Positions 8,940-17,544 of a stretch of DNA of 64,000 nt are shown here, one piece after another (the first letter of the stretch is position 1; each line of letters opens with the position of its first letter). The DNA is from Candidatus Latescibacterota bacterium. Lineage in GTDB: Bacteria; Latescibacterota; UBA2968; GCA-2709665. A program made the position numbers and the translations under genes. The stretch is from assembly GCA_963662665.2 (NCBI GenBank), contig CAXXJS010000017.1, forward strand, positions 25,556 through 89,555, written 5' to 3'. The notes beneath the pieces are model-generated. The model was given only the letters and a program-made list of their open reading frames with translations. It did no database searches and was not told the origin of the DNA.

Positions 8940-11900
8940 ACATGATCGTCCAACGCACTTGTACCGTAATACCGCTCGGGGATGAGAAAGGAAATCCGGT
9001 AAGGGACTCACGACCCCTGGCGGATTTTCGGGATACTCCCGCCTACGTGTTGCTGGGTGACCCCGGCTCGGGGAAGACCACTGCGTTCGGGACCGAAGAA
9101 AAGGCGCACGGAGACGATGCCTGTCTGATCTCCGCCCGGGACTTTCTCGCTCTGGACCTGGATATGCACCCCGAGTGGCGCAACACAACACTATTTATTG
9201 ACGGTCTTGACGAGGTTCGGGCCGGTTCCGCCGACGCACGTACACCCTTTGACGAAATCCGCAATCGTCTCGAAAGACTGGGACGCCCCCGTTTCCGATT
9301 GTCGTGCCGGGAAGCGGACTGGCTCGGGGACAACGATTGGAAGCGTCTGACAGCCGTTTCGCCCGGCTCAAGCGTCAAGGTTCTTCGCCTCGATCCCCTT
9401 ACCGAACTGAACATAGTGCAGATATTGGAAGGCAAGGGTGTCGAAGATCCCCAGGCCTTCATGGAAAACGCCCGGGAACGGAGGATTGACGGACTGCTCC
9501 AAAACCCGCTGACCCTTGAGTTGCTGGCCACTGTTATAACACGAAACGAACAATGGCCGGAGAGCCGCCAGGAAACCTTCGAGCTAGCCTGTTCGCACCT
9601 GGTGCGAGAGCACAATATAGAACACTTGGTTGCAAGTCGGCCGGCAAATACGAATCAGTTGTTGGACGCCGCGGGGCGTCTTTGCGCCATCCATCTGATT
9701 TCAGGTATAGAAGGGTACACGCAGGGCACCGGTGATCCGGACTCGGACTTCCCGGCTTTGGAGGAGATTCAATACGAAAACCCGGACGCGCTACAGTCCG
9801 TGCCGTCGACAAAGCTGTTCAAGGCGCACTCCGGTTCGTTTAGCCGTTTCGCCCCGATTCACAGGCATGTCGCTGAATTCCTTGCCGCGCGGTATCTGGG
9901 CGGGCTCATTGACAACGGGCTTCCCGCCCTGCGCGTCCTTTCTCTTATCACGGGAGAGGACGGGATCGTGGTGACCGGGCTGAGGGGGCTGTCCGCCTGG
10001 CTCGCGGCGCACTGTAAGAGCGCCCGAAGTGAGCTTATCATTCGGGATCCCGCAGGTGTCGGTCTCTACGGCGATATCCGTGGATTCTCACTAGACGAGA
10101 AAAGGATACTCTTAAACACATTAAACCGTGAGGTCTCCCATCTGGATTCCATTCCTTCGGTGTCTGCGTTCAGTCCTCTCGCGACTCCGATTCTGGAACC
10201 TGTATTCAGAGACATCCTTAGCAATTCAAGCCGCGAAACCGAACATCAGACGTACGTCGATTTCGTACTGCGGTTGCTGCGCGAGGGGTCCGCTATTCCG
10301 GGTCTTTCCGATCTCCTGGTTGATATCGTCCGCGACGAGACACGTTGGCCGGGCATCAATGTATTGGCACTTGATGCGTTTGTTCTCTGCGAGGCCAAAG
10401 AACCTCGAATTCTTAAGTCGCTGCTAAAGGATGTTGAGGCTGGTCATGTATCCGATCCGGACAATGAAATCCTCGGAACGCTTCTGTGGCGCCTTTACCC
10501 CAAAGAAATACCTCCCTCAGTGGTGTGGAAATACCTATTCGAAAATGCGAGTACCAGTGTAGCTGGCAGGTATCTGCGGTTCTGGGAGTATGATCTTATC
10601 GAAATCTCCTCCGATGCGCAGGTCGCCGAGCTTCTCGACAACCTTAGGCTTAGGCTTGCCGAATTGAACATCGAGCCGGCACGCGCCGAGCTTCCGTATT
10701 CATTCCCGCTTAAGCTGTTGTCCCGAGGTCTGAGCGTCCAAGGAGACAAACTGGACATCGACCGCCTGTACGACTGGCTGGACGCAGGTTTGTCCGGTAG
10801 TCACAATCGGGACGAAATCGTCGGTGACATACGGATATGGATCGATAAGCGGCCAGAGCTCCAGAAAGACATCATCCTTGAAGGACTGAAGCGTTGTCCA
10901 GAATCCGACGAATTCAGGTATCACGCCATGAAAGTACAAGAGCGTCTTTACGGCGCCGTCTTGTCACCCAATGTCGGTCTTTGGTATCTGGAGCAGGCTG
11001 TCCTTAACGCACAACTGAAACCGCAAGTTGCGAAACATCTTTTGGAGCTTGCCTGGCTGTGCCATTCTCAACAGAGCGGTAACGAGGGGCTGTCACTCGA
11101 ACATTTCGAGAAATATACAGGGAAATGTGAGTTACTGAAATCACCTCTCGCAGTGTTGCGTGCCCCCGACACCGTCCCGAGAGGCGACCGTGTGGCAGAC
11201 CAGGACAGGTACGGAGAGCGGTACATCGATCAGAGCAGGCGTCAGAATGAGGAGTGGCTGGATCATCTTAGCGCTAACGAGGAAGCCTTGCGCGAGAACA
11301 GGGCAGCTCCCGCCCTGCTCCACAAAATCGCAGAGGTGTATTTCGGCAACTTCCTCAATTTCAACGTCGAGAGTGCAACTGGTTCAATTGAAAAACACCT
11401 CCGGGGCGAACGTAGCTTGATCGAAGCCGCCCTACTGGGACTTCGTCTTACAATTGAAAGGGAGGATATCCCCGGCCTGAACGAGATTCTGGAACTGAGG
11501 GAGAAAGGACGAAAGCACTATCTCGAGTGGCCTTTCTTGGCGGGCCTCGCGGAAGCGGAGAGAACGACGCCAGTAGATTCGATTCTTTCAGATAGGGGCC
11601 GGATCTGTTCGGCAATCGCGTTCTATTATTGTACTCCCCACGGTGAATACCGGCCCGAATGGTATGCAAGGCTTCTTATGGAGCGTCCTGAAATCGTAGC
11701 CGATGTACAGGTCCGGTTTGCTTCCGCCGAGTTGCGTGGCAGTTGTCATCCGATTCCCAAGTTGTGGGAACTCGCACAAGACCAATGTCACGCCGCCGTC
11801 GCGAAGTTCGCCAGCGTTTCACTTCTGCGAGCCTTTCCGACCCGTTGCCACGACGCGCAGATTGAAGCGTTGGACAATCTCCTCTGGGCTGCAATTCAAC

Positions 11901-13024
11901 ACGCGGATAGAGCGACTTTGCAGAAGTTGGTCGAAAAGAAATTGTCCCGTTCGAGCATGAACGTGACCCAGCGCGTGCACTGGTTGGCGGCTGCGGCCAT
12001 CCTTTCTCCAGAGCCGCACATAGACCATTTGGAAGAATACGTACACGGTAAAGAAAAACGGATTCGACAACTAGCGGGGTTCTTTCCCAATGTATTTCCC
12101 CGCGCTGCATTCTCACTTGCCAACGTTGAGCTGGGAATCGGCGTATCGGAAGTCTTGGTTCGCCTTATTGGAGTTTATTTCGGACCACATCAGAGATGGC
12201 ATGACGTCGCCAATGAACGAATAGGCGGTTGGATTGGACCGGAAATGCAAGCCGCCTGGCTTGTGGACGGTCTGATTCAGCGACTCTCGTGTATGCCTGG
12301 CAAGTCGGCGAGCATCGCGCTGGATAAGCTTCTCGAGAATAGCACGCTTTCTGCCTGGCACGAAGTACTTTCTAGTGCGCGAGATTCACAGCGGGTCATT
12401 CGCAGAGACGCCTTCTATCGCCATCCCGATATCCAGGATGTTTGCCGGACTCTGGACAACTGCAGCCCGGCCAACGCGGCTGACCTTGCCGCGCTCCTGG
12501 TGGACAAATTGGACGAAATCGCCACGCAGATCCACGCCGGCAATACCAACGATTGGCGGCAGTACTGGAACGAGGATCCCTACGGACGACCATCCAAACC
12601 GAAACCAGAGAATTCATGCAGGGATGCACTGCTTTCGGATCTTAATCAATGCCTCCCGGGGGAAATCGACGCACAGCCGGAAGGACAGTATGCCAAGAAC
12701 AATCGAGCCGACATTCGCGTATCGTCAGGCCGGGATTTTCAAGTGCCGATTGAAATCAAAAAAAACGACCATGCAGATCTGTGGACTGCGATAAAGACGC
12801 AGTTGATCGCAAAATACACCCGAGACCCGGGCGCTTCCGGACACGGCATCTACGTGGTGTTCTGGTTCGGCAAGGCGTACACCCGGCTTCCTCCATCGGG
12901 AAGGCGGCCTGAGACTCCCGAAGAGCTACAGCAACAGCTCAAGGCGACGCTTTCAGAGGATGAAACTCACCGGATATCGGTGCGTGTAATTAACGTTAGC
13001 AAAGACCCTGCGGATTCGCCATAG
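8936..13024 (+). CDS. Large STAND/NACHT-type NTPase with C-terminal PD-(D/E)xK-like nuclease; candidate defence protein
   Basis: Walker A GDPGSGKT, Walker B LFIDGLDE, SCR sensor, NPLTLELL, HRHVAEFLAA, long helical region, C-terminal RADIRV...PIEIKK...QL..KY. Start GTG 8936 or ATG 8942. Confidence 0.82.
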   Translation: MNMIVQRTCTVIPLGDEKGNPVRDSRPLADFRDTPAYVLLGDPGSGKTTAFGTEEKAHGDDACLISARDFLALDLDMHPEWRNTTLFIDGLDEVRAGSADARTPFDEIRNRLERLGRPRFRLSCREADWLGDNDWKRLTAVSPGSSVKVLRLDPLTELNIVQILEGKGVEDPQAFMENARERRIDGLLQNPLTLELLATVITRNEQWPESRQETFELACSHLVREHNIEHLVASRPANTNQLLDAAGRLCAIHLISGIEGYTQGTGDPDSDFPALEEIQYENPDALQSVPSTKLFKAHSGSFSRFAPIHRHVAEFLAARYLGGLIDNGLPALRVLSLITGEDGIVVTGLRGLSAWLAAHCKSARSELIIRDPAGVGLYGDIRGFSLDEKRILLNTLNREVSHLDSIPSVSAFSPLATPILEPVFRDILSNSSRETEHQTYVDFVLRLLREGSAIPGLSDLLVDIVRDETRWPGINVLALDAFVLCEAKEPRILKSLLKDVEAGHVSDPDNEILGTLLWRLYPKEIPPSVVWKYLFENASTSVAGRYLRFWEYDLIEISSDAQVAELLDNLRLRLAELNIEPARAELPYSFPLKLLSRGLSVQGDKLDIDRLYDWLDAGLSGSHNRDEIVGDIRIWIDKRPELQKDIILEGLKRCPESDEFRYHAMKVQERLYGAVLSPNVGLWYLEQAVLNAQLKPQVAKHLLELAWLCHSQQSGNEGLSLEHFEKYTGKCELLKSPLAVLRAPDTVPRGDRVADQDRYGERYIDQSRRQNEEWLDHLSANEEALRENRAAPALLHKIAEVYFGNFLNFNVESATGSIEKHLRGERSLIEAALLGLRLTIEREDIPGLNEILELREKGRKHYLEWPFLAGLAEAERTTPVDSILSDRGRICSAIAFYYCTPHGEYRPEWYARLLMERPEIVADVQVRFASAELRGSCHPIPKLWELAQDQCHAAVAKFASVSLLRAFPTRCHDAQIEALDNLLWAAIQHADRATLQKLVEKKLSRSSMNVTQRVHWLAAAAILSPEPHIDHLEEYVHGKEKRIRQLAGFFPNVFPRAAFSLANVELGIGVSEVLVRLIGVYFGPHQRWHDVANERIGGWIGPEMQAAWLVDGLIQRLSCMPGKSASIALDKLLENSTLSAWHEVLSSARDSQRVIRRDAFYRHPDIQDVCRTLDNCSPANAADLAALLVDKLDEIATQIHAGNTNDWRQYWNEDPYGRPSKPKPENSCRDALLSDLNQCLPGEIDAQPEGQYAKNNRADIRVSSGRDFQVPIEIKKNDHADLWTAIKTQLIAKYTRDPGASGHGIYVVFWFGKAYTRLPPSGRRPETPEELQQQLKATLSEDETHRISVRVINVSKDPADSP

Positions 13025-13039
13025 AATTGGCAGGGAGGT

Positions 13040-13106
13040 TGGTGCGGGCGGCGGGGCTCGAACGAGTAAGCCTTCGGCCCTGGGAGACTCGATCTCGCTT
13101 TGCCGC
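13040..13106 (-). pseudogene. Decayed tRNA-Leu-like remnant / possible att site
   Basis: Minus strand ends GTTCGAGCCCCGCCGCCCGCACCA (T-loop, 3' T-stem, acceptor, CCA; 13040-13063). The 5' T-stem does not pair, and only traces of the variable and anticodon arms remain. Confidence 0.6.
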
Positions 13107-13244
13107 TGCCCCGTATCAAGTGACCATAAGAAATCTTATAATAACACAAGAAATTTTGTGATTGCGGCTTGCAGGCATATTTGCCGTGCCAACCGGGAGT
13201 ATTAGCGGTTCATTCCACCATACAACCATACAGGAGAGAAACCG

Positions 13245-13538
13245 ATGCCGGAGTCCATATTAGAAAGGCTGAATGAGGGTGTGGTGCTGGGGGATGGGGG
13301 GTACCTGCTCGCGCTGGAGAACCGGGGCTACGTCCAGGCCGGTCCTTTCACGCCGGAAGTAACCATCGAGAATCCCAACGCGCTTCTGGCGCTGCACGAG
13401 GAATTCCTGCACGCCGGGGCCGAAGTCCTCCAGGTGCTTACGTTTTACGCCAGCGAAAACAAACTCGCGCAGACCGGATACGCGGGCATGCTGGAAGCAA
13501 TCAACCGCGCGGCCGTCCGGATCGCCCGGGCCGGCGGG
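13245..13538 (+). pseudogene. Truncated homocysteine S-methyltransferase (BHMT/MetH N-terminal-like) fragment
   Basis: ILERL..GVVLGDGG, H.EFL.AGAEVLQ.LTFYAS, INRAAVRIAR; similarity stops after ~97 aa where the frame runs into the antisense of the PPTase gene. Strong SD AGGAG. Confidence 0.75.
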
Positions 13539-13539
13539 T

Positions 13540-14304
13540 TCAACCGGCCCGCCACTCCCAGCACGTCACCCGGTATCCCTGTCCCTTCAACGCCACGGCG
13601 CCAACGTAGCCGTCTCCGGGCTGCAGCGCCTGCAAAAACCACTCTGACGGCGCCGACGGATTGTCGGTGGCTTGCAGCAGCGCCGCGGGCGCACCGGGCG
13701 CCAGCGAAACTTCGAACCCATCCAGGGGGCAGGCAAGCCCGGTCCCCAATGCCTTTATATACGCCTCTTTACGGGTCCAGCAGTTGAAAAACGCCTCGTA
13801 CTGGACCTCCGGCGCCAGCGCCCGGATCACGTCCACTTCCCCCGGTGCGAAATAACGACCCGCCAGCCGCAGGTGCGCTTTCACGGCCCGGATGCGTTCC
13901 ACGTCCACCCCCACCTCCCGCGCGCGCACCACCGCCAGGACGGCGAGTTCGCCGGTATGGGATAGGTTGAAGCGCACCGCGTCTCCATCCGAACCCGTCT
14001 TAAGGAACGGTTTGCCCCGCGAGCCATACCCGAATTCCAGCCGCTCGGGCGCCAACCCCACGTACCCACCCAGGATCCTCCGGAGAGACGCCCTGCCGGC
14101 AATGAAACGCGCCCGGTGTCGGTCAAAGACAAACCGGGCGGCGCGGGCGTTCTCGTCGTCGGAAAGCACGTCCTGCATCTCTGGAACCTCTGAAGCCGGC
14201 CGGTCCAGACGCATGCGCCAGACCTGAATCTCACTATCCGATACGGCAGGAGGTTCCAACGTGGGGCGCCAGATTGCGGTTTCAGTCTTGTTGAAATGAC
14301 TCAC
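13540..14304 (-). CDS. Sfp/HetI-type 4'-phosphopantetheinyl transferase
   Basis: [32 protein letters not shown] start at 14304 overlaps the upstream stop (GTGA). Confidence 0.92.
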   Translation of the reverse strand: MSHFNKTETAIWRPTLEPPAVSDSEIQVWRMRLDRPASEVPEMQDVLSDDENARAARFVFDRHRARFIAGRASLRRILGGYVGLAPERLEFGYGSRGKPFLKTGSDGDAVRFNLSHTGELAVLAVVRAREVGVDVERIRAVKAHLRLAGRYFAPGEVDVIRALAPEVQYEAFFNCWTRKEAYIKALGTGLACPLDGFEVSLAPGAPAALLQATDNPSAPSEWFLQALQPGDGYVGAVALKGQGYRVTCWEWRAG

Positions 14305-16289
14305 GTGGACGAACCGCCGTTCAACCGTTTCACAATTGCCTCCACGTCGTACACGCAACCCCCCCAGGTCCCTCCGCCCACGTTCTGCAGCGCCGCCCAC
14401 AGCCGTGTATCCTCCGGCAGGTCCGGGTCGGGCGCCAGGTCGGAGCGCGGGGCCCGGTCGGCCAGAATGCGGCGACCCTCGTCCGGGTCAAAACGGGTCC
14501 CGTCCGCGCCAACAAAGTGGATGCTCCCCGAAAGGCCATTCCGGTCGATCACGATTTCCACGACGTCTCCATCCTCCAACTTGCCGATCGGGCCGCCGGC
14601 CAGCGCCTCCGGGCCAACGTGACCGATGCACGCTCCCGTGGAGAACCCCGAGAAACGGGCGTCCGTCAGCACCGCCACTTGTTTTCCCCAGTCCAGGTAT
14701 TTGAGCGCGGTTGTGATCTGTGCAATTTCCTCCATCCCCGCGCCCATCGGGCCCCGCCCGATCAGTACCATCACGTCGCCCGGTTTAACGCCGCTCGGGC
14801 CGGGATCTTTCAGCGCGGCGGCAGCTGCCCGTTCGGTGGTGAACACCTTGACCGGGCCGGTCATCCGGTAGACGCCATCCGCGTCCACAACCGAAGGGTC
14901 GATCGCCGTGCTCTTGACCACGGACCCTTCCGGCGCGATATTTCCAGTGGGAAAACAGACGGTGCTGGTCAACCCTCGTTCCCGTGCGCGGTCGGCATCC
15001 ATAATCACGTTGTCCGGATCGATTCCGTCCTGAACGCGAAGCGCCTCCCGTAACCTCGATCGCCGCTCGGACCCCTCCCACCAGTCCAGGTTATCACCCA
15101 GCGTCCTTCCGGAAATCGTGAGCGCGTCAACTTCGAGCAACCCGAGTCTTCGCAGGTGCAGCATGACCTCCGGCGCCCCGCCCGCCAGAAACGCCCGGAT
15201 CGTTGGATGGAACTGGGGGCCGTTCGGCAGGACGTCCACCAGGCGCGGAACCTGGCGGTTCACGTGGTTCCAGTCGGCCACGGCAGGGCGCTTGCGCCCG
15301 GCCGCATAGGCCACCGCCGGTATATGCAACAGCAGGTTGGTGGATCCGCCGAAAGCGGCATGCGTTGCCATCGCATTGTGGACCGCGGCGTCCGTGATCA
15401 CGTCGGCCGTGGTGAGCCCTGAGACCTGCATCGCGAACACCGCACGGGCGGATCTGAGCGCCATGTCCAGCCAGACCGCCTGTCCCGACGGCGCCAGGGC
15501 TGAATGGGTCACCGCAAATCCGAGCGCTTCGGCCACCACCTGCGAAGTCGCCGCCGTGCCCAGAAACTGGCAGCCTCCCCCCGGCGACGCGCACGCCCGG
15601 CAACCCAGGTCCTGCACCTCTGAAAGCGTCATTTCACCGTGCGCCAGCCGGACGCCTGCGGACTGGATCTTGCCGGCGTCTTCACCGTCTTCCGGCGGAA
15701 GCGTCACGCCTCCCGGAACGATCGCCGTGGGCAGCGAATGCATCGCCGCAAGGGCGATCATCATCGCGGGCAATCCCTTATCGCATGTGGCAACGCCAAT
15801 GACCCCTTTTCGGGTGGGAAGCGAGCGGATCAGGCGCCGGAGCACCGTGGCCGCGTCGTTGCGGTACGCGAGGCTGTCCATCATGCCCGTCGTGCCCTGC
15901 GTACGTCCGTCGCAGGGGTCGGAGCAATACCCCGCAAAGGGAATTCCGCCCAGGCGATGAATCTCCAGGGCGGCCTCCCGCATCAGCAGCCCGACCTCCC
16001 AGTGCCCGGTATGATATCCCAGCGCAACGGGGCGGCCGTCCGGCTCCCGGATCCCCCCCATGGTACTCAGGATCAGGAACTCCGGCCGGCCCAGTTCCGC
16101 CGGATTCCACCCCATACCCGCGTTTTGGCTGTACCCGAAGATATCTCCGCTGGGCGATTCGATCACGCGTTCTTCGGTCAGCGAAATCAGACGGCCTTCG
16201 GGACCCGGCGCACGCGTGCGAATCTCGTATACGGATTCGTCTCCGGATTGCTGGATCGTTTGAAAGGATGGATTGCCTGCACCAGGCAT
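14301..16289 (-). CDS. YjhG/YagF family D-xylonate dehydratase (IlvD/Edd superfamily)
   Basis: [70 protein letters not shown]. Confidence 0.92.
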   Translation of the reverse strand: MPGAGNPSFQTIQQSGDESVYEIRTRAPGPEGRLISLTEERVIESPSGDIFGYSQNAGMGWNPAELGRPEFLILSTMGGIREPDGRPVALGYHTGHWEVGLLMREAALEIHRLGGIPFAGYCSDPCDGRTQGTTGMMDSLAYRNDAATVLRRLIRSLPTRKGVIGVATCDKGLPAMMIALAAMHSLPTAIVPGGVTLPPEDGEDAGKIQSAGVRLAHGEMTLSEVQDLGCRACASPGGGCQFLGTAATSQVVAEALGFAVTHSALAPSGQAVWLDMALRSARAVFAMQVSGLTTADVITDAAVHNAMATHAAFGGSTNLLLHIPAVAYAAGRKRPAVADWNHVNRQVPRLVDVLPNGPQFHPTIRAFLAGGAPEVMLHLRRLGLLEVDALTISGRTLGDNLDWWEGSERRSRLREALRVQDGIDPDNVIMDADRARERGLTSTVCFPTGNIAPEGSVVKSTAIDPSVVDADGVYRMTGPVKVFTTERAAAAALKDPGPSGVKPGDVMVLIGRGPMGAGMEEIAQITTALKYLDWGKQVAVLTDARFSGFSTGACIGHVGPEALAGGPIGKLEDGDVVEIVIDRNGLSGSIHFVGADGTRFDPDEGRRILADRAPRSDLAPDPDLPEDTRLWAALQNVGGGTWGGCVYDVEAIVKRLNGGSST

Positions 16290-16319
16290 GAAAACTCCTC
16301 ACATCGCAGCCGTCGCCGG

Positions 16320-16470
16320 CCCTTCGACAGGCTCAGGGCGAGCGCTCAGGGGATGGGCTCGGCTACTGCGACTCCCACTCAAGTGGGGAGTGATTGAACC
16401 TTCAAACGGGCTCGCCCGATAACTGCCACCTGTTTGGTTGCGGCTAAAGCATAGCGAAACCGCGCCAGGT
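16320..16470. repeat. Cluster of REP-like palindromic repeats
   Basis: CCCTTCGACAGGCTCAGGGCGAGCG (16320-16344), hairpin GACTCCCACTCAAGTGGGGAGTGAT (16370-16394), TTTGGTTGCGG...CCGCGCCAGG (16433-16469). Confidence 0.55.
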
Positions 16471-16509
16471 ATTCTTGGGACGGGACATCTGTTCCGGATG
16501 GGACGTCGT

Positions 16510-17280
16510 TCATTCCAGCCCCATTCCCCGCAGGTTGCGCAGACTGATGCCCAGGGCTTCGAACGGGTCCCGCTGGCAGGTGTCCTGCTCCACGATGTAC
16601 CACCGGGTGCCCGCGGCCTCACAGGCATCCAGAATTGCCGGCCAGTTCAGGTTACCCTCGCCCACCTCGGCGTAAAGCTGCTCCCGGCCGCGCATCGCCA
16701 TATCCTTCACGTGAACAAGGTCCGCCCTGCCCGCGGCCTTGCGGATCCACGCGGCAGGATCTCCGCCTCCGTGCTGTATCCAATAGGTGTCGATCTCAAG
16801 CTGAAAAACCTCCGGATCGCTTTCTTCAAACAGGATCTGCAGTCCCGTGCGATCGCCGAATCGCTCCAGTTCAAAACTGTGGTTGTGATACCCGAACGTG
16901 AGGCCGGCCGCCGCAAGCTTTCCCGCCACCTCGGATGCTTCGAGGGCGAACCGTCTGTAACCGTCTCCGCCGGCTTCGCGATAATTCTGGGGAAGCCCCC
17001 CGATTGCCGGGTACCGGCATCCCCACAACAGATGCTCGTCGATGACAGCCTGTGTTTCATCCCTCATGCGTTCGAAGCTCGTGTGGGTGGCGCAGATCTC
17101 GAGGCCCTCGCCGTCCGCCAGGTTCTTGAGTTCCCGGGGGCTGATCTCCCCGAATGCCGACACCTGCATGGCGTCGTATCCCAGTGCTTTCACCTTTTTC
17201 AGACTGGCAGCGACGTCTGCGGGGGTTTGTGTGAATTCCCGCACTGTATACATCTGCGCAGCCAATACCGTACCGGCCAT
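16510..17280 (-). CDS. Sugar phosphate isomerase/epimerase (xylose-isomerase-like TIM barrel)
   Basis: QMYTVRE, YHNHSFE, EIDTYW, HVKD, GEGNLNW, VEQD. Confidence 0.9.
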   Translation of the reverse strand: MAGTVLAAQMYTVREFTQTPADVAASLKKVKALGYDAMQVSAFGEISPRELKNLADGEGLEICATHTSFERMRDETQAVIDEHLLWGCRYPAIGGLPQNYREAGGDGYRRFALEASEVAGKLAAAGLTFGYHNHSFELERFGDRTGLQILFEESDPEVFQLEIDTYWIQHGGGDPAAWIRKAAGRADLVHVKDMAMRGREQLYAEVGEGNLNWPAILDACEAAGTRWYIVEQDTCQRDPFEALGISLRNLRGMGLE

Positions 17281-17544
17281 CTTCCGCTCCTTTCAACAAT
17301 CGCGAATACATCCTGAATACGCTCGATACCAGGTAGAAAATACCACAGGACCGCCGAATTTACAAGCCGAGTTTTTCCGCCGGAAGCAGGATGCCGCTCG
17401 AAGATTGACGAAATAATTTTTAGCTGGTTTTTTTGCGAAACCACTGTATTTTAAGTTCGAAGTTTCCGCTCCCCGATCCGTCCCCCGTAGTGCGCGATCC
17501 CCCCTGTTTCAACCGAACCCCCTGCCTCGCAGAGGAGCCCGTTT

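Noticed and set aside
13539-13787. C-terminal half of the 180-aa ORF 13245-13787
   Set aside because: It is read-through into the antisense strand of the PPTase, not real methyltransferase sequence.
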